The notes under the pieces were generated by a model. The model did no database searches. It saw nothing but the letters and a program-made list of their open reading frames with translations, and was not told the origin of the DNA. Shown piece after piece: positions 29,178 to 39,781 of a stretch of 64,000 nucleotides of DNA. A program made the translations under genes and the position numbers. This stretch comes from Alphaproteobacteria bacterium. Its GTDB lineage: Bacteria; Pseudomonadota; Alphaproteobacteria; CBCXTS01. Within the stretch, counting starts at the first letter, position 1; the number at the start of each line of letters is the position of its first letter. Where the stretch lies: contig CBCXTS010000026.1 in NCBI GenBank assembly GCA_965178085.1, positions 18,109-82,108 on the forward strand, given 5' to 3'.

Positions 29178-30425
29178 TTAAGTTTGAATGTGGTCACAAT
29201 ATAGATTTCTATTATACCACCATATTGATATAGCAGGCACAAGTAAGATTAGCATGAATAAATAGAGATTACTATTTCCAGCTTGTTGATAGAAAAAACC
29301 TGCGCATATTGGTCCAATAATACGAGCAAGACTTGCAAATGATTGCGCGCCACTTAAGGCGCTTGCTTTTAATGATTGGGGCGCAATTTGTGATATTAGG
29401 CTTTGTACGCAAGGATTGTGGAGGCTAATTGCACATGCAAATATGAGAATGGGTAAAAGAGCAAACCATATTGGTGGAATAAATAGTAAAACTTTCATTA
29501 AGATGATAGTGTATGCCATTGCTAATACGCCAATGATTAGTAGAATTAACGCTATAGCGATTAAGCGATATTCACCAAATTTTATTTTTAGCCTGCTGAT
29601 CAACCCACCTTGCACGACGGCGCTCATTAAGCCGGCTGCTCCAAGCAAAAAACCTACTTCCATAGGGCCATAGCCAAATACATCAAGACACCATAAAGCA
29701 TAACTTGCCTCAATGGCTGTAAAAAGTATCAAAACACAACCATATATGCCCCAAAAGCTATGCAATTTGCGATTGCATATTAATGCTAAGAGTGATTTTT
29801 TGTTAACAGGATTTTGATTGGTTTTTGTTTCTTGAATTTTTAAAATAGTTACAAGAATTGCAATGAATGTAAAGAAAGCTGCACAAAATGCCGTTAAACC
29901 AAGGCCAGCAGGTCCGATATTAGGAATAGTGATAAAGTCTGCTAAAATGAGTGCTGTAAGCAATGGCCCAATTGTAAAACCAACACCAAAGGCAGCGCCT
30001 AAAAGTCCCATGGCACGTGTACGGTGCTCGGCTTTGCATAAATCACTAACCATAGCTTGTGTGGCAATTGTCCATCCAGCGCTTAAACCCGCAAGCGCGC
30101 GTGCTAGATAAATCTCTGTCACGCTAGAACTGAACCCAAGCCAAACATATCCAACGAGCGTACCAAAAGCGCTGATGATAATCACATGTTTACGGCCAAT
30201 GAGATCGCATAAATATCCCCAGATAGGTGCAGTGATGAATGAACATGCAGAAAAAACTGCAAAAATAGCAACGGTTTGAAATTCACTACCACCACTTGCG
30301 TGCACCATAAATGGCAATGCTGGAATTAATATACCCAATCCAAGGATATAAATAAATAGCGCTCCAACAACAGGTAAAAGAGGCTTGATGTCGAATGCAT
30401 TGTTATGGGCGTTGTTTTGTATCAT
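29178..30425 (-). CDS. MFS transporter (12 TM)
   Basis: MFS motif A region GYLCDLIGRKHV between TM2-3; 415 aa. Confidence 0.8.
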   Translation of the reverse strand: MIQNNAHNNAFDIKPLLPVVGALFIYILGLGILIPALPFMVHASGGSEFQTVAIFAVFSACSFITAPIWGYLCDLIGRKHVIIISAFGTLVGYVWLGFSSSVTEIYLARALAGLSAGWTIATQAMVSDLCKAEHRTRAMGLLGAAFGVGFTIGPLLTALILADFITIPNIGPAGLGLTAFCAAFFTFIAILVTILKIQETKTNQNPVNKKSLLALICNRKLHSFWGIYGCVLILFTAIEASYALWCLDVFGYGPMEVGFLLGAAGLMSAVVQGGLISRLKIKFGEYRLIAIALILLIIGVLAMAYTIILMKVLLFIPPIWFALLPILIFACAISLHNPCVQSLISQIAPQSLKASALSGAQSFASLARIIGPICAGFFYQQAGNSNLYLFMLILLVPAISIWWYNRNLYCDHIQT

Positions 30426-31564
30426 CTTGATATGGACACGCTATGGTTGATGGCGGCTTTATAAAGCATCATCGTGTGCCATACAACACCCATTACAACT
30501 AAACATGCGCCAAACTGGTGTAATAGAGCTAGTGGCAATGGTACTGTGTAGAGCAAGGTTATGATCCCTAGAAAAGTTTGCATAACAATTAATGTTGCTA
30601 ATATTATGGATGAAATTTTAATGCTTGCATTAGATGTTGTATAAGCATGCCAAATAGCCAACATGGAAAATAAACAAGATGCATATGCCAACATGCGGTG
30701 ATGAAATTGTATAGAACCTCTGTTTTCAAACAATAATACTTCAAAATTGATACCGCCATTTTGATGATCTTGCCAATAGATAGGAGGTAGAAACCTGCCA
30801 TGCATCCAAGGCCAATCATTAAAAGCGAAACCAGCCTTTGATCCTGCAACTAAAGCCCCTGAAGTGATGGTGATGATGATAAGAATAAAAAAACAGCCAA
30901 TCAATATGTTGCCAAGTTGAAAGATTTTGCTAGATTGTTTAAGGTTTTTTTGAGCCTGTAAGGCCATGATATCAACATTAGAAGTCAAGATAGCTAGAAA
31001 AAATAGCAATGCAAAAATCAAAATACCCATCACTAAATGAATAGCCAACCTTATAGGGGCAACTTCAATGCGATCTGTCAATCCGCTTTTGACCATCCAC
31101 CAGCCGATGATGGCTTGCAATGAACCCAATAATAACGCCAATATAAGATAAGGTTTGATAAAAGTCGGTAGTTGCTTGCCGAGCCAAAATATGATCATCG
31201 GGATGGCGTATATAATGCCAATCAAGCGCGCAAATAATCTATGAATATACTCCCACCAGAAAATAGCTCTGAACTCTTCTAGCTCCATACCAAAGGTTAA
31301 TAAATGATATTGCGAAGTTTGCTGATACAGATGAAAAATACGAAGCCATTCCTGCTTATGCATTGGCGGTAAAACACCCATTATAGGGCGCCATTCAACC
31401 ATTGAAAGTCCTGACCCAGTTAATCTAGTGGTTGCTCCAATAACGATCAAAGCTAAAACCATAGCAGAGCAAGTCCAAAGCCAAATGCAGATAGGTTTTG
31501 ATATATTTGTTTGCATAAGAGATACAAGCCTAGCGATGATATTTATATAGGAAAAACAAGCCAA
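30422..31564 (-). CDS. ctaA: Heme A synthase (CtaA/COX15 family)
   Basis: 8-TM protein with paired His-containing helices (HRLFA.., HLVMG.., HRMLAY.., HQFGA..) typical of COX15/CtaA. Confidence 0.75.
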   Translation of the reverse strand: MACFSYINIIARLVSLMQTNISKPICIWLWTCSAMVLALIVIGATTRLTGSGLSMVEWRPIMGVLPPMHKQEWLRIFHLYQQTSQYHLLTFGMELEEFRAIFWWEYIHRLFARLIGIIYAIPMIIFWLGKQLPTFIKPYLILALLLGSLQAIIGWWMVKSGLTDRIEVAPIRLAIHLVMGILIFALLFFLAILTSNVDIMALQAQKNLKQSSKIFQLGNILIGCFFILIIITITSGALVAGSKAGFAFNDWPWMHGRFLPPIYWQDHQNGGINFEVLLFENRGSIQFHHRMLAYASCLFSMLAIWHAYTTSNASIKISSIILATLIVMQTFLGIITLLYTVPLPLALLHQFGACLVVMGVVWHTMMLYKAAINHSVSISR

Positions 31565-31588
31565 GATAGCTATGTTATTCTAAGAGTT

Positions 31589-32713
31589 TTATGTTAATAG
31601 AAATTCGCGGCCTTTTTTTACCCGCGCGACCCCGTCGTAATCAATGATATCAGCTGTTGCGTAGGTTTCATGCCAATCGTTAGGTAGAAAACTACCAGTT
31701 CCTATAACATCAATTGGTACTTTTGCCATAGCCATGATTCTGCATTTTTCAGGGCCAAATCCTGATGAACCGACAATGCTGACGTGGGAAAAACCTGCTC
31801 CATTAAGCGTTTCACGAAGGTGCCATATAGCTGCTGCTGAAACACCAGTGCCGATAAGGTGGTGTAGCTCTCGTTCACTACGATAGCCACGAATAGCATC
31901 TGGTACGTTACGCTCCAAAACAGCGTAACTAGCCTCAGGATCAAGACCTTGTACGTAGCGTCCACCTAAAGTGTCAAGGCGGATTGCAAGTTTACCTTGA
32001 TCGGCAAGGTCATAGAAATGCTTGCAAACTTCAAGGGCGTCATCAATTTCATTGCCAAAATAATCAACCAATATTGTTAACGGCTGGTTAGGAAATGACT
32101 GTTGAAACATTTGAGCTGCTCTTAAAGTTGATCCAGCGTAGCCTATTAAGGCATGTGGCATTGTGCCCATGCCAGAGTCTTCATTGAAAAAATGACTAGT
32201 GGCATTGGTTGCATTGCCTATAAAACCTTTAGCGCCTATTTTTTGTTTGGCTCGTTTAGATCCAACAGATGCAGCATATGCCATCATAAGAGACATCTCT
32301 GTTCCAGCGCAATGGCGTGCATCCATTGCCATAAATTTTACATTGGGCAATTCAGAGCACATCTGAAAAGCATGATAAGCTGCAACGCAGCATGCTCCAA
32401 CTTTTTGTAAAAGCAATGTTTCTAGATCAACAAGATGCACAAATGAACCAGTGATATATAGCAATGGTTCACCCGCACCGACCCAGCGGCCTTCAGGATT
32501 AGGGACGCTGATGTCATATGTCACTCCACGTTGAGTAGCGATATGTTGGAGCCATTCAATAGCAAGTTTAGGGGCACTAATGACAGGCCTGCGCATAAAA
32601 ACTGCATAGGTAACACGTTGATCACCGTGGTGTTCAACTATCGCTTTAGTGTGGTTAAAATAAGCATCTGTCCATTGACTAATCTGTGTAGCTTTAACCC
32701 AGCTTAGATCCAT
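31589..32713 (-). CDS. Nicotinate phosphoribosyltransferase-family protein (short NAPRTase-like form)
   Basis: Type II PRTase-like layout; 374 aa is shorter than canonical PncB, so assignment is by family resemblance only. Confidence 0.5.
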   Translation of the reverse strand: MDLSWVKATQISQWTDAYFNHTKAIVEHHGDQRVTYAVFMRRPVISAPKLAIEWLQHIATQRGVTYDISVPNPEGRWVGAGEPLLYITGSFVHLVDLETLLLQKVGACCVAAYHAFQMCSELPNVKFMAMDARHCAGTEMSLMMAYAASVGSKRAKQKIGAKGFIGNATNATSHFFNEDSGMGTMPHALIGYAGSTLRAAQMFQQSFPNQPLTILVDYFGNEIDDALEVCKHFYDLADQGKLAIRLDTLGGRYVQGLDPEASYAVLERNVPDAIRGYRSERELHHLIGTGVSAAAIWHLRETLNGAGFSHVSIVGSSGFGPEKCRIMAMAKVPIDVIGTGSFLPNDWHETYATADIIDYDGVARVKKGREFLLT

Positions 32714-32721
32714 TTATGTCC

Positions 32722-34116
32722 TCATGCCGCGTAGCGTATTTTTGATTTGATAGGATGCTTGCGTAGTAGATCAGCAATCTGGAAAGACAATTCTAAAGCC
32801 TGTGATCCGTTCAAACGTGGATCGCAATGGGTATGGTAACGGTCATTCAATTGGTTTTCTGTAATGGATTGTGCACCGCCAACGCATTCGGTTACATCTT
32901 GCCCAGTTAACTCTAGATGGATACCACCAGGGAAAGTACCTTCATTGTGATGAATTTGGAAAAACTGTTCGACTTCTTGCATAACATCACTTGTTCGGCG
33001 CGTTTTAATGCCATTAGATGACTTAATGGTATTGCCATGCATAGGATCACAAGACCAGACGACGTGATGTCCGTTTTGTTTGATGGGTCTGATTAATTTG
33101 GGTAACATGTCTGCAATCTTGTCAGCACCCATACGCACAATTAATGTAATGCGACCAGGGTCATTATTTGGATCAAGGATATCGCATAATGCCAATAACT
33201 CATCGGGATCACTGCTAGGGCCACACTTAATGCCGATAGGATTGCGGATGCCTCGCATATATTCAACATGGGCATGATCTAACTGGCGTGTGCGATCACC
33301 AATCCAAAGGAAATGTGCAGAACAACCATAATGGGCTCCTGTAACACCATCAATGCGAGTGCTATCAATGCGTGTTAATGCTTGCTCATATCCAAGCAAT
33401 AAGGCTTCATGGCTTGTAAAAAAATCAACAGAACGCATCTGAGGTGTGTTTTTTGTTGTGATACCACATGCTTCCATAAAAGCTAGAGTTTCGTCTATTC
33501 TATTGGCAAGCTCTTTATATTGTTTACCTTGAGGGCTGTCTGCAATAAAATCTAGGTTCCATTGATGAAGATGGGTTAAATTGGCAAAGCCGCCTTGAGC
33601 AAATGCGCGCAACAGATTAAGGGTAGAAGAAGCTTGATGATAAGCTTTAAGCATACGCTGTGGATCAGGCTGGCGATTAATGTCGCTAAAAGCAATGTCA
33701 TTGACGATATCCCCACGATAGATTGGTAATGTAAGGTTATCTTTGGTTTCAACCGGCTCTGATCGAGGCTTTGCAAATTGACCTGCAATGCGGCCAACTT
33801 TAATGATTGGCAGGCCACTGCCAAAGGTTAAGACCACTGCCATCTGCAATAGCAATTTAAAGTTATCACGGATTTGATCAGCAGAAAATTGTGCAAAACT
33901 TTCTGCGCAATCACCGCCTTGCAACAAGAAAGCTTTACCTTGTGAAGCCTTGGCAAGCGATTGACGTAACGCGTCAATTTCTCTTGCAAACACAAGCGGA
34001 GGAAGTTGAGTTAACTCATCTTCAACGCGGGTCAATTGTTTGAGATCAGCATATTGAGGCAATTGCTTAGCTGGCTTGTCACGCCAACTATCAAGAGCCC
34101 ATGATAGTTTTTTCAT
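32722..34116 (-). CDS. 3-deoxy-7-phosphoheptulonate (DAHP) synthase, class II
   Basis: About 464 aa, class II (plant-like) AroA(II) conserved blocks. Confidence 0.85.
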   Translation of the reverse strand: MKKLSWALDSWRDKPAKQLPQYADLKQLTRVEDELTQLPPLVFAREIDALRQSLAKASQGKAFLLQGGDCAESFAQFSADQIRDNFKLLLQMAVVLTFGSGLPIIKVGRIAGQFAKPRSEPVETKDNLTLPIYRGDIVNDIAFSDINRQPDPQRMLKAYHQASSTLNLLRAFAQGGFANLTHLHQWNLDFIADSPQGKQYKELANRIDETLAFMEACGITTKNTPQMRSVDFFTSHEALLLGYEQALTRIDSTRIDGVTGAHYGCSAHFLWIGDRTRQLDHAHVEYMRGIRNPIGIKCGPSSDPDELLALCDILDPNNDPGRITLIVRMGADKIADMLPKLIRPIKQNGHHVVWSCDPMHGNTIKSSNGIKTRRTSDVMQEVEQFFQIHHNEGTFPGGIHLELTGQDVTECVGGAQSITENQLNDRYHTHCDPRLNGSQALELSFQIADLLRKHPIKSKIRYAA

Positions 34117-34278
34117 TGGTTTAACCTTGCAGTATCATCAGTTTAGTTAAGTTTTATCATCTTTTTGTGATGTAATATGTAGTTAGTATATGCGTAGATT
34201 GTTTAAAAGTAAATATTTACTAATGAAATGCACCCATTGATGTAAAAGATTGCGTGTGCTTATCGTTAGTGATCATTG

Positions 34279-34734
34279 TCAGGTGAGGTCTATTTTTTTG
34301 CGTCTTTGCCAATCGCGTTCTTTGATTGTTTCGCGTTTGTCGTGGAGCTTTTTTCCACGTGCAAGTGCAAGCTCAAGTTTTGCTAATCCACGCGTATTAA
34401 AATATAAACTTAATGGCAATAATGTTTGTCCTTTGCGTTGGACTGCGCCTATCAAACGATTGCGCTCACGACGATGCAATAGCAATTTACGAGGACGTCT
34501 AGGCTCAAAAGCAATATGCTTTGCAATGTTTTCATAATTGCTGATATGCAAATTAAATAAATATAACTCACCTTCTTTGCTACCTGCATAGGATTCTTTA
34601 ATATTGACTTGGCCACTACGGATGGCTTTGACTTCACTGCCAGTTAGAATAATACCCGCCTCAAGCGTGCTTAAAATTTCGTAGTCATAGCGTGCTTTCT
34701 GATTGCGAGCAATAGGGCGTGCTGGTGAAGACAT
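34279..34734 (-). CDS. smpB: SsrA-binding protein SmpB
   Basis: 151 aa; [25 protein letters not shown] and C-terminal basic tail are textbook SmpB. Confidence 0.9.
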   Translation of the reverse strand: MSSPARPIARNQKARYDYEILSTLEAGIILTGSEVKAIRSGQVNIKESYAGSKEGELYLFNLHISNYENIAKHIAFEPRRPRKLLLHRRERNRLIGAVQRKGQTLLPLSLYFNTRGLAKLELALARGKKLHDKRETIKERDWQRRKKIDLT

Positions 34735-34769
34735 AGATGCATCTTTACTTTAATGATATGGATGGTATT

Positions 34770-35657
34770 TTAAATTAACTGAGCTTGTTCCATTGCTTTT
34801 TGGATACGCTCTTTTGTTGGTTTGTCAAGTGGTGCAATAGGCGAACGACACCAAGGTGCAGTATGGCCTAATAGAAAAAGAGCATATTTAGCTGGAGCAG
34901 GCGATGGCGCACAAAACATTGCTTGATGCAATGGCATTAATTGATCGCGAATATTTGCAAATGTTTGTAAATCTTTGTCATTCCATGCGGTATATAAACG
35001 AGATAGCAATTGAGGTGCAACGTTAGCAGTAACAGAAATCCACCCATGGCCACCTTGGGCTAAAAAAGCAGCGATTGTTGCATCTTCACCAGATAATTGG
35101 ATAAAACTTTCTCCCATCTGTAAGCGTGTTTCAAGAGGACGATCTAATGATGCGGTTGCGTCTTTGACGCCAATGATATGAGGATAATCTGTAACTAAGC
35201 GATGCATGGTATCAACAGACATATCAACAATACATCGCCCGGGTATGTTATATATAAAGATTGGTAATTGTACCGCTTGTGCAATGCTACTAAAATGCAA
35301 ATACAGGCCATCTTGTGATGGTTTGTTATAATATGGTGTTACTACCAATATTGCATCAGCGCCTGCGCTTTGAGCTTGTTGTGAGAGATGAACAGCCTCT
35401 GTAGTGTTGTTGGAACCCGTACCTGCAATAACAGGAACACGCCCATTAACAGCTTCAATACATAAGCGAATAACTTTTTCATGTTCTTCATGGCTAAGGG
35501 TTGGAGATTCTCCTGTTGTTCCAACAGGTACAACACCATGAGAGCCTTGTGTAATTTGCCAAGAAACGAAGTCTTGGAAGCGTTTTTCATCGACTGTAAA
35601 ATTTTCTTTCATGGGGGTGATAAGAGCTGGAATTGAACCTGTTATATGTTTAGCCAT
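34770..35657 (-). CDS. dapA: 4-hydroxy-tetrahydrodipicolinate synthase
   Basis: GSIPALITPM, VVPVGTTGES, catalytic Lys region; 295 aa. Confidence 0.9.
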   Translation of the reverse strand: MAKHITGSIPALITPMKENFTVDEKRFQDFVSWQITQGSHGVVPVGTTGESPTLSHEEHEKVIRLCIEAVNGRVPVIAGTGSNNTTEAVHLSQQAQSAGADAILVVTPYYNKPSQDGLYLHFSSIAQAVQLPIFIYNIPGRCIVDMSVDTMHRLVTDYPHIIGVKDATASLDRPLETRLQMGESFIQLSGEDATIAAFLAQGGHGWISVTANVAPQLLSRLYTAWNDKDLQTFANIRDQLMPLHQAMFCAPSPAPAKYALFLLGHTAPWCRSPIAPLDKPTKERIQKAMEQAQLI

Positions 35658-35717
35658 GCTATTCTCCTAATGCTACCCATGTTGTTTTTTTAATGTGACA
35701 AAGCCTGATTAAGTGTC

Positions 35718-35734
35718 ATTCTATATCATAGAAT
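35718..35734. promoter_or_regulatory. Perfect inverted repeat ATTCTAT-atc-ATAGAAT upstream of dapA
   Basis: Read directly, about 60 bp upstream of dapA start codon in the dapA / dehydratase divergent region. Confidence 0.25.
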
Positions 35735-35990
35735 AGCCTATCAATACTATACAAATATCGCATTGATCCAATTAGAAAACATCATATATGGTTGGATATT
35801 TTGATAACCCTAGAAGTCTTTTATAATCCTGTTATGGGCTTAAGAGTGATGATATTGACAAAATCTATGGAAGTGGTGTTTAATTAACGATTGCTCATTT
35901 AAGATAGCCATTTGTCTTTTTAAGAGGCAATCATTAATTGAATATAAGTTTAAAAACAATAACAGATTAGATCAAAAGAAGGTCAAGATC

Positions 35991-36992
35991 ATGGTCCATT
36001 TTCAAGATATTGAAAAGGCATATGCTAATATTAAGATGGATGTTAATCAAACGCCTTTATTATCATCTGCATTGCTTGATGATATGCTTGGATATCGTTT
36101 GTTGGTTAAAGCAGAAGTATTGCAAAAAACGGGTTCGTTTAAATTGCGCGGTGGAGTTAATAAATTGGTCCATTTAGGCGCTCAAGCAGAAAGCGGTGTG
36201 GTAGCTTTTTCATCAGGAAATCACGCCCAAGCAGTAGCCTATGCAACTCGTATGCGCGGTATTGCTTCGCATCTGGTTATGCCTAGGGATGCTCCACAAT
36301 CTAAAATCGAGCGCACGCGTGCTTTTGGCGGCAATGTCATTCTTTATGACAGGCAAAAGGAGAACCGAGAAGAAATTGCACAAGCATTATGTGAAGATAA
36401 AAAAATGCCCCTGATCAAACCTTATGATGACCAAGATATTATTGCTGGCCAAGGCACGATTGGTGTAGAAATAGCACACCAATGCGCTCAAATGGGATTA
36501 GAGGCACATTATATCACAATCCCTGCTGGTGGTGGTGGTATGGCTGCTGGTTGTTGCATAGCGTTGCATCATTATTTTAAGCAGGCAAAGATTTTTGCCG
36601 TAGAGCCTTTCCATTATAACGATATGAAGCAATCGCTGATGGATGGAAAACGAAGGAGTTTTTCTAACTCTAATCCAGCTCCATCTATTTGTGATGCCGT
36701 TGTAACGCCAATGCCAGGTGAGCAAACATTTCCTATTTTGCAAGAACATTTAACAGATGTTGTAGGAATCAAGGATGAAGATGCATTACAAGCAATGCGT
36801 GTTGGAATGGACATGTTTAGGGTGATCATAGAACCTGGTGGAGCGCTTGGATTGGCAGCTTTTTTAACAGGTGCAGTTCAACCAAAAAATTTGAACAAAG
36901 ATCAAGTCTGTGTTGCCGTATTATCTGGAGGTAATGTTGATAATCATATCATCATGCAAGCATTACAGAGTTTAAAGTTTAGTATTATTTAA
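35991..36992 (+). CDS. PLP-dependent threonine/serine dehydratase (short form, no ACT regulatory domain)
   Basis: PLP-lysine motif GSFKLRGG, glycine-rich loop; 333 aa. Confidence 0.8.
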   Translation: MVHFQDIEKAYANIKMDVNQTPLLSSALLDDMLGYRLLVKAEVLQKTGSFKLRGGVNKLVHLGAQAESGVVAFSSGNHAQAVAYATRMRGIASHLVMPRDAPQSKIERTRAFGGNVILYDRQKENREEIAQALCEDKKMPLIKPYDDQDIIAGQGTIGVEIAHQCAQMGLEAHYITIPAGGGGMAAGCCIALHHYFKQAKIFAVEPFHYNDMKQSLMDGKRRSFSNSNPAPSICDAVVTPMPGEQTFPILQEHLTDVVGIKDEDALQAMRVGMDMFRVIIEPGGALGLAAFLTGAVQPKNLNKDQVCVAVLSGGNVDNHIIMQALQSLKFSII

Positions 36993-37004
36993 TGACAGAG
37001 TATA

Positions 37005-37346
37005 ATGATGAGCCAAAATAAAAGCGAAGGTATCAAGCCTATTGAAAGAGAAGATTTCATGAAGTTGATGGCGCATTTAAATGATGATTGGCAAATGAAC
37101 GATGACGGTTTGTCTATTGCTCGGTCTATAAAATGCAAAAATTTTAGAGATGCTTTTGCAATGATGACTGCAATTGCATTAATTGCTGAGCGGTATGACC
37201 ACCATCCAGATTGGCATAATCTATACGCCAATGTCGATATTCGATTGACCACAACGAGTACGTCAAGCCTTAGCATTCGTGATTATGATATGGCGGTCAG
37301 AATTGACGCGCTTGCATCAAAATTTCAATATCGAAGTGATGTTTGA
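37005..37346 (+). CDS. Pterin-4a-carbinolamine dehydratase
   Basis: ERYDHHPDW...VDIRLTT ... DYDMAVRID matches PCD/DCoH core. Confidence 0.8.
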   Translation: MMSQNKSEGIKPIEREDFMKLMAHLNDDWQMNDDGLSIARSIKCKNFRDAFAMMTAIALIAERYDHHPDWHNLYANVDIRLTTTSTSSLSIRDYDMAVRIDALASKFQYRSDV

Positions 37347-37395
37347 TCAACAATAATACTGGGATAGTTTAAATACTGGGCTAGTTAATTTTTGA

Positions 37396-38490
37396 TTAGA
37401 AAAATGACAATATATCATTAATTGTTACAAAAATAATTAACGTAGCAACTAGTGCAATGCCAATGCGCATAGCAAAGTTTTGGACTTTAATATTAAGAGG
37501 TTTTCCTGCTATTGCCTCATATGCACAAAATAATAGATATCCTCCATCAAGGACAGGTATGGGTAGTAAATTTAGTAACCCGAGATTGATAGACAGAACA
37601 ATTGTAAATGATAGCAACGCCCAAAAGCCACTTTGGCCGATATCATTAGAAAGTTGTGCTATTTTTATAGGGCCACCTAACTCATCGCTACTTCGTGCGC
37701 CTATCATTAACTCACCTAAGGCTTTTAAGGTTTCCCATGCTATATTAAATGTTTCAGTTACCGCAGAAACAGCTCCTCCAACAATGCCGGTTTGCACAAC
37801 AATGGCAGCAGGTGCACTGATACCCAAGCGATAGATAGAAGCATTGTCAGTTTGTACTGCTTCAGGAGTAGCGGTTAGTTGTAAGGTTTGTCCTTGGCGG
37901 TTGATGCTAAAGGTTATGGGGTTGCCATTGCTTGCTAAAACTTTATTGCGCATATCGTTAAAGCTATTGATAGTAATATTATCAACAGCAAAAATTTTAT
38001 CACCTACTTGTATGCCAGCAATGTCTGCGGGACTATTTTCTAGTACATAGCCTACACCTTTATCCATAAAATCAGGTAATTGAACTTTGCCAACCCATAT
38101 AAAGCTAATCCATAGGGCAACAAACGCATACAAGAAATTGGCAATTGGGCCTGCTGCAACTACAATTGAGCGTGCAATAAGAGGGCGAGTATGGAATGCA
38201 AAACTTTCTTGTGCTTTGGTTAGAGGAGGTTGATCAGGGTTAAGGCCTGGAAGCATCTCTCCAAACATTTTAACATACCCCCCAAGAGGAATGATCGAGA
38301 ATTTCCACCTTGTGCCATGTTGATCCGTATATCCAAAAAGTTCAGGACCAAAGCCAACTGAAAACACCTCAACTCTTACTCCACACCAACGCGCAGCAAG
38401 ATAATGGCCAAGTTCATGGACAAAAATAAGCACTGCTAGTACTAAAATAAAATTTGCATAACTTATATTAGCAAGAAGTTGATCTAACAT
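37396..38490 (-). CDS. rseP: RIP metalloprotease RseP (site-2 protease)
   Basis: HELGHY zinc motif in TM1, PDZ domain, LDGG motif near C-terminus. Confidence 0.85.
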   Translation of the reverse strand: MLDQLLANISYANFILVLAVLIFVHELGHYLAARWCGVRVEVFSVGFGPELFGYTDQHGTRWKFSIIPLGGYVKMFGEMLPGLNPDQPPLTKAQESFAFHTRPLIARSIVVAAGPIANFLYAFVALWISFIWVGKVQLPDFMDKGVGYVLENSPADIAGIQVGDKIFAVDNITINSFNDMRNKVLASNGNPITFSINRQGQTLQLTATPEAVQTDNASIYRLGISAPAAIVVQTGIVGGAVSAVTETFNIAWETLKALGELMIGARSSDELGGPIKIAQLSNDIGQSGFWALLSFTIVLSINLGLLNLLPIPVLDGGYLLFCAYEAIAGKPLNIKVQNFAMRIGIALVATLIIFVTINDILSFF

Positions 38491-38570
38491 TATTGTCTAT
38501 ACCTTATTGAACTATATTTGACTTGTTTATTGATATTTTAAAGTTTAGGTCGTTTTAAAATATTGTGCCC

Positions 38571-39734
38571 CTAGGCTATTTTAAAATATTTATGCCATTG
38601 CCTGCAAACATTATTGTTTAATACGTGCACGGCTTCCCAATCATTATCATAGGCATATTCGGATCCAGCAAAAAGATCAAGCATATGATGAATGCCGTCA
38701 CAAATTTGTGTAAATTTTATTTTGCCTTGTAAAAAGGCTGCAACCCCAATTTCATTGGCGCTATTTAAAACACAGCACGCATGATCGCCAGCCTCTAATG
38801 CTTGATAAGCAAGCTTCAAAGCAGGGAAGCGGTGATGGTCTGGCTGTTCAAAGTCTAAGCGCGCGACTGTAGTTAAATCCAAAGACGGGGCATTGTTTTG
38901 TAAAATCGTATCAGGCCACCCTAATGCATAAGCAATTGCAATGCGCATGTCGGGCGCGTGTAGTTGTGCAAATTGTACGCCATCAAACTGTTCAATCATG
39001 GCATGAATGATTGATTGAGGATGGATCAGTACATCAATATACTTTCCTTCAAAGCCAAAAAGATGACTTGCTTCAATAACTTCTAGGCCTTTATTGATTA
39101 AGGTAGCTGAATCAATTGTGTTTTTAGGCCCCATACTCCATATAGGATGTTTTAAGGCTTGCTCAGGAGTGACATCTTGCATGTTGGCAAAGTCAGTATT
39201 TCTAAAAGGTCCCCCTGAGGCAGTAATAATAAGGCGAGAAATATTTTGGCGGTTACGATGTTCAAGCAGCTGAAATAAACCACTATGCTCTGAATCTACA
39301 GGAATTATTTTTGCATTGGTGCGCATGCTTAATTTTTGAAGCATTGCTCCAGCTGCTACAAGGCTTTCTTTATTAGCTATGGCAACATCAATACCCTTAT
39401 TTAATGCATGCCAAGTAGGCATCAGTCCATCTAATCCTGCGATAGCTGATAATACAAGATGAGGCTCAAGATCAACCATGTCCAGATATGCATTGGGACC
39501 AGTTGCTATTTTTATATTGGTATTTGAAAGGGCATCTTTTAGTGTTTTTTGTTGTTTTACATCGCTCAATATCACAAGAAGTGGATTTAGTAATCGAGCT
39601 TGTTTAATGAGTGTTTGCACATCGCTTTTTGCACAAAGACAAATACATTGAAGCTTATCTTTGTTGTGGGCAATGATGTCGACTGCATTGGAGCCTATTG
39701 ATCCGGTTGAACCTAAGATAGCAATTTTGCGCAT
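38571..39734 (-). CDS. dxr: 1-deoxy-D-xylulose 5-phosphate reductoisomerase
   Basis: MRKIAILGSTGSIG NADPH motif, about 387 aa Dxr layout. Confidence 0.9.
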   Translation of the reverse strand: MRKIAILGSTGSIGSNAVDIIAHNKDKLQCICLCAKSDVQTLIKQARLLNPLLVILSDVKQQKTLKDALSNTNIKIATGPNAYLDMVDLEPHLVLSAIAGLDGLMPTWHALNKGIDVAIANKESLVAAGAMLQKLSMRTNAKIIPVDSEHSGLFQLLEHRNRQNISRLIITASGGPFRNTDFANMQDVTPEQALKHPIWSMGPKNTIDSATLINKGLEVIEASHLFGFEGKYIDVLIHPQSIIHAMIEQFDGVQFAQLHAPDMRIAIAYALGWPDTILQNNAPSLDLTTVARLDFEQPDHHRFPALKLAYQALEAGDHACCVLNSANEIGVAAFLQGKIKFTQICDGIHHMLDLFAGSEYAYDNDWEAVHVLNNNVCRQWHKYFKIA

Positions 39735-39781
39735 TGTTGTTATTTTCTATTGATGTTTTGTTGTATTTTTATTGTTGTTGC

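Noticed and set aside
31589-32713. Calling this gene pncB with confidence and tying it functionally to the PnuC-like islet
   Set aside because: At 374 aa it is shorter than canonical PncB and the assignment is by family resemblance only. It lies 18 kb from the islet with unrelated genes in between, so any link is thematic, not positional.
34117-34278. Looked for tmRNA (ssrA) next to smpB
   Set aside because: No tRNA-like acceptor/T-arm or resume-codon tag reading frame is visible. In alphaproteobacteria the two-piece ssrA is usually unlinked to smpB.
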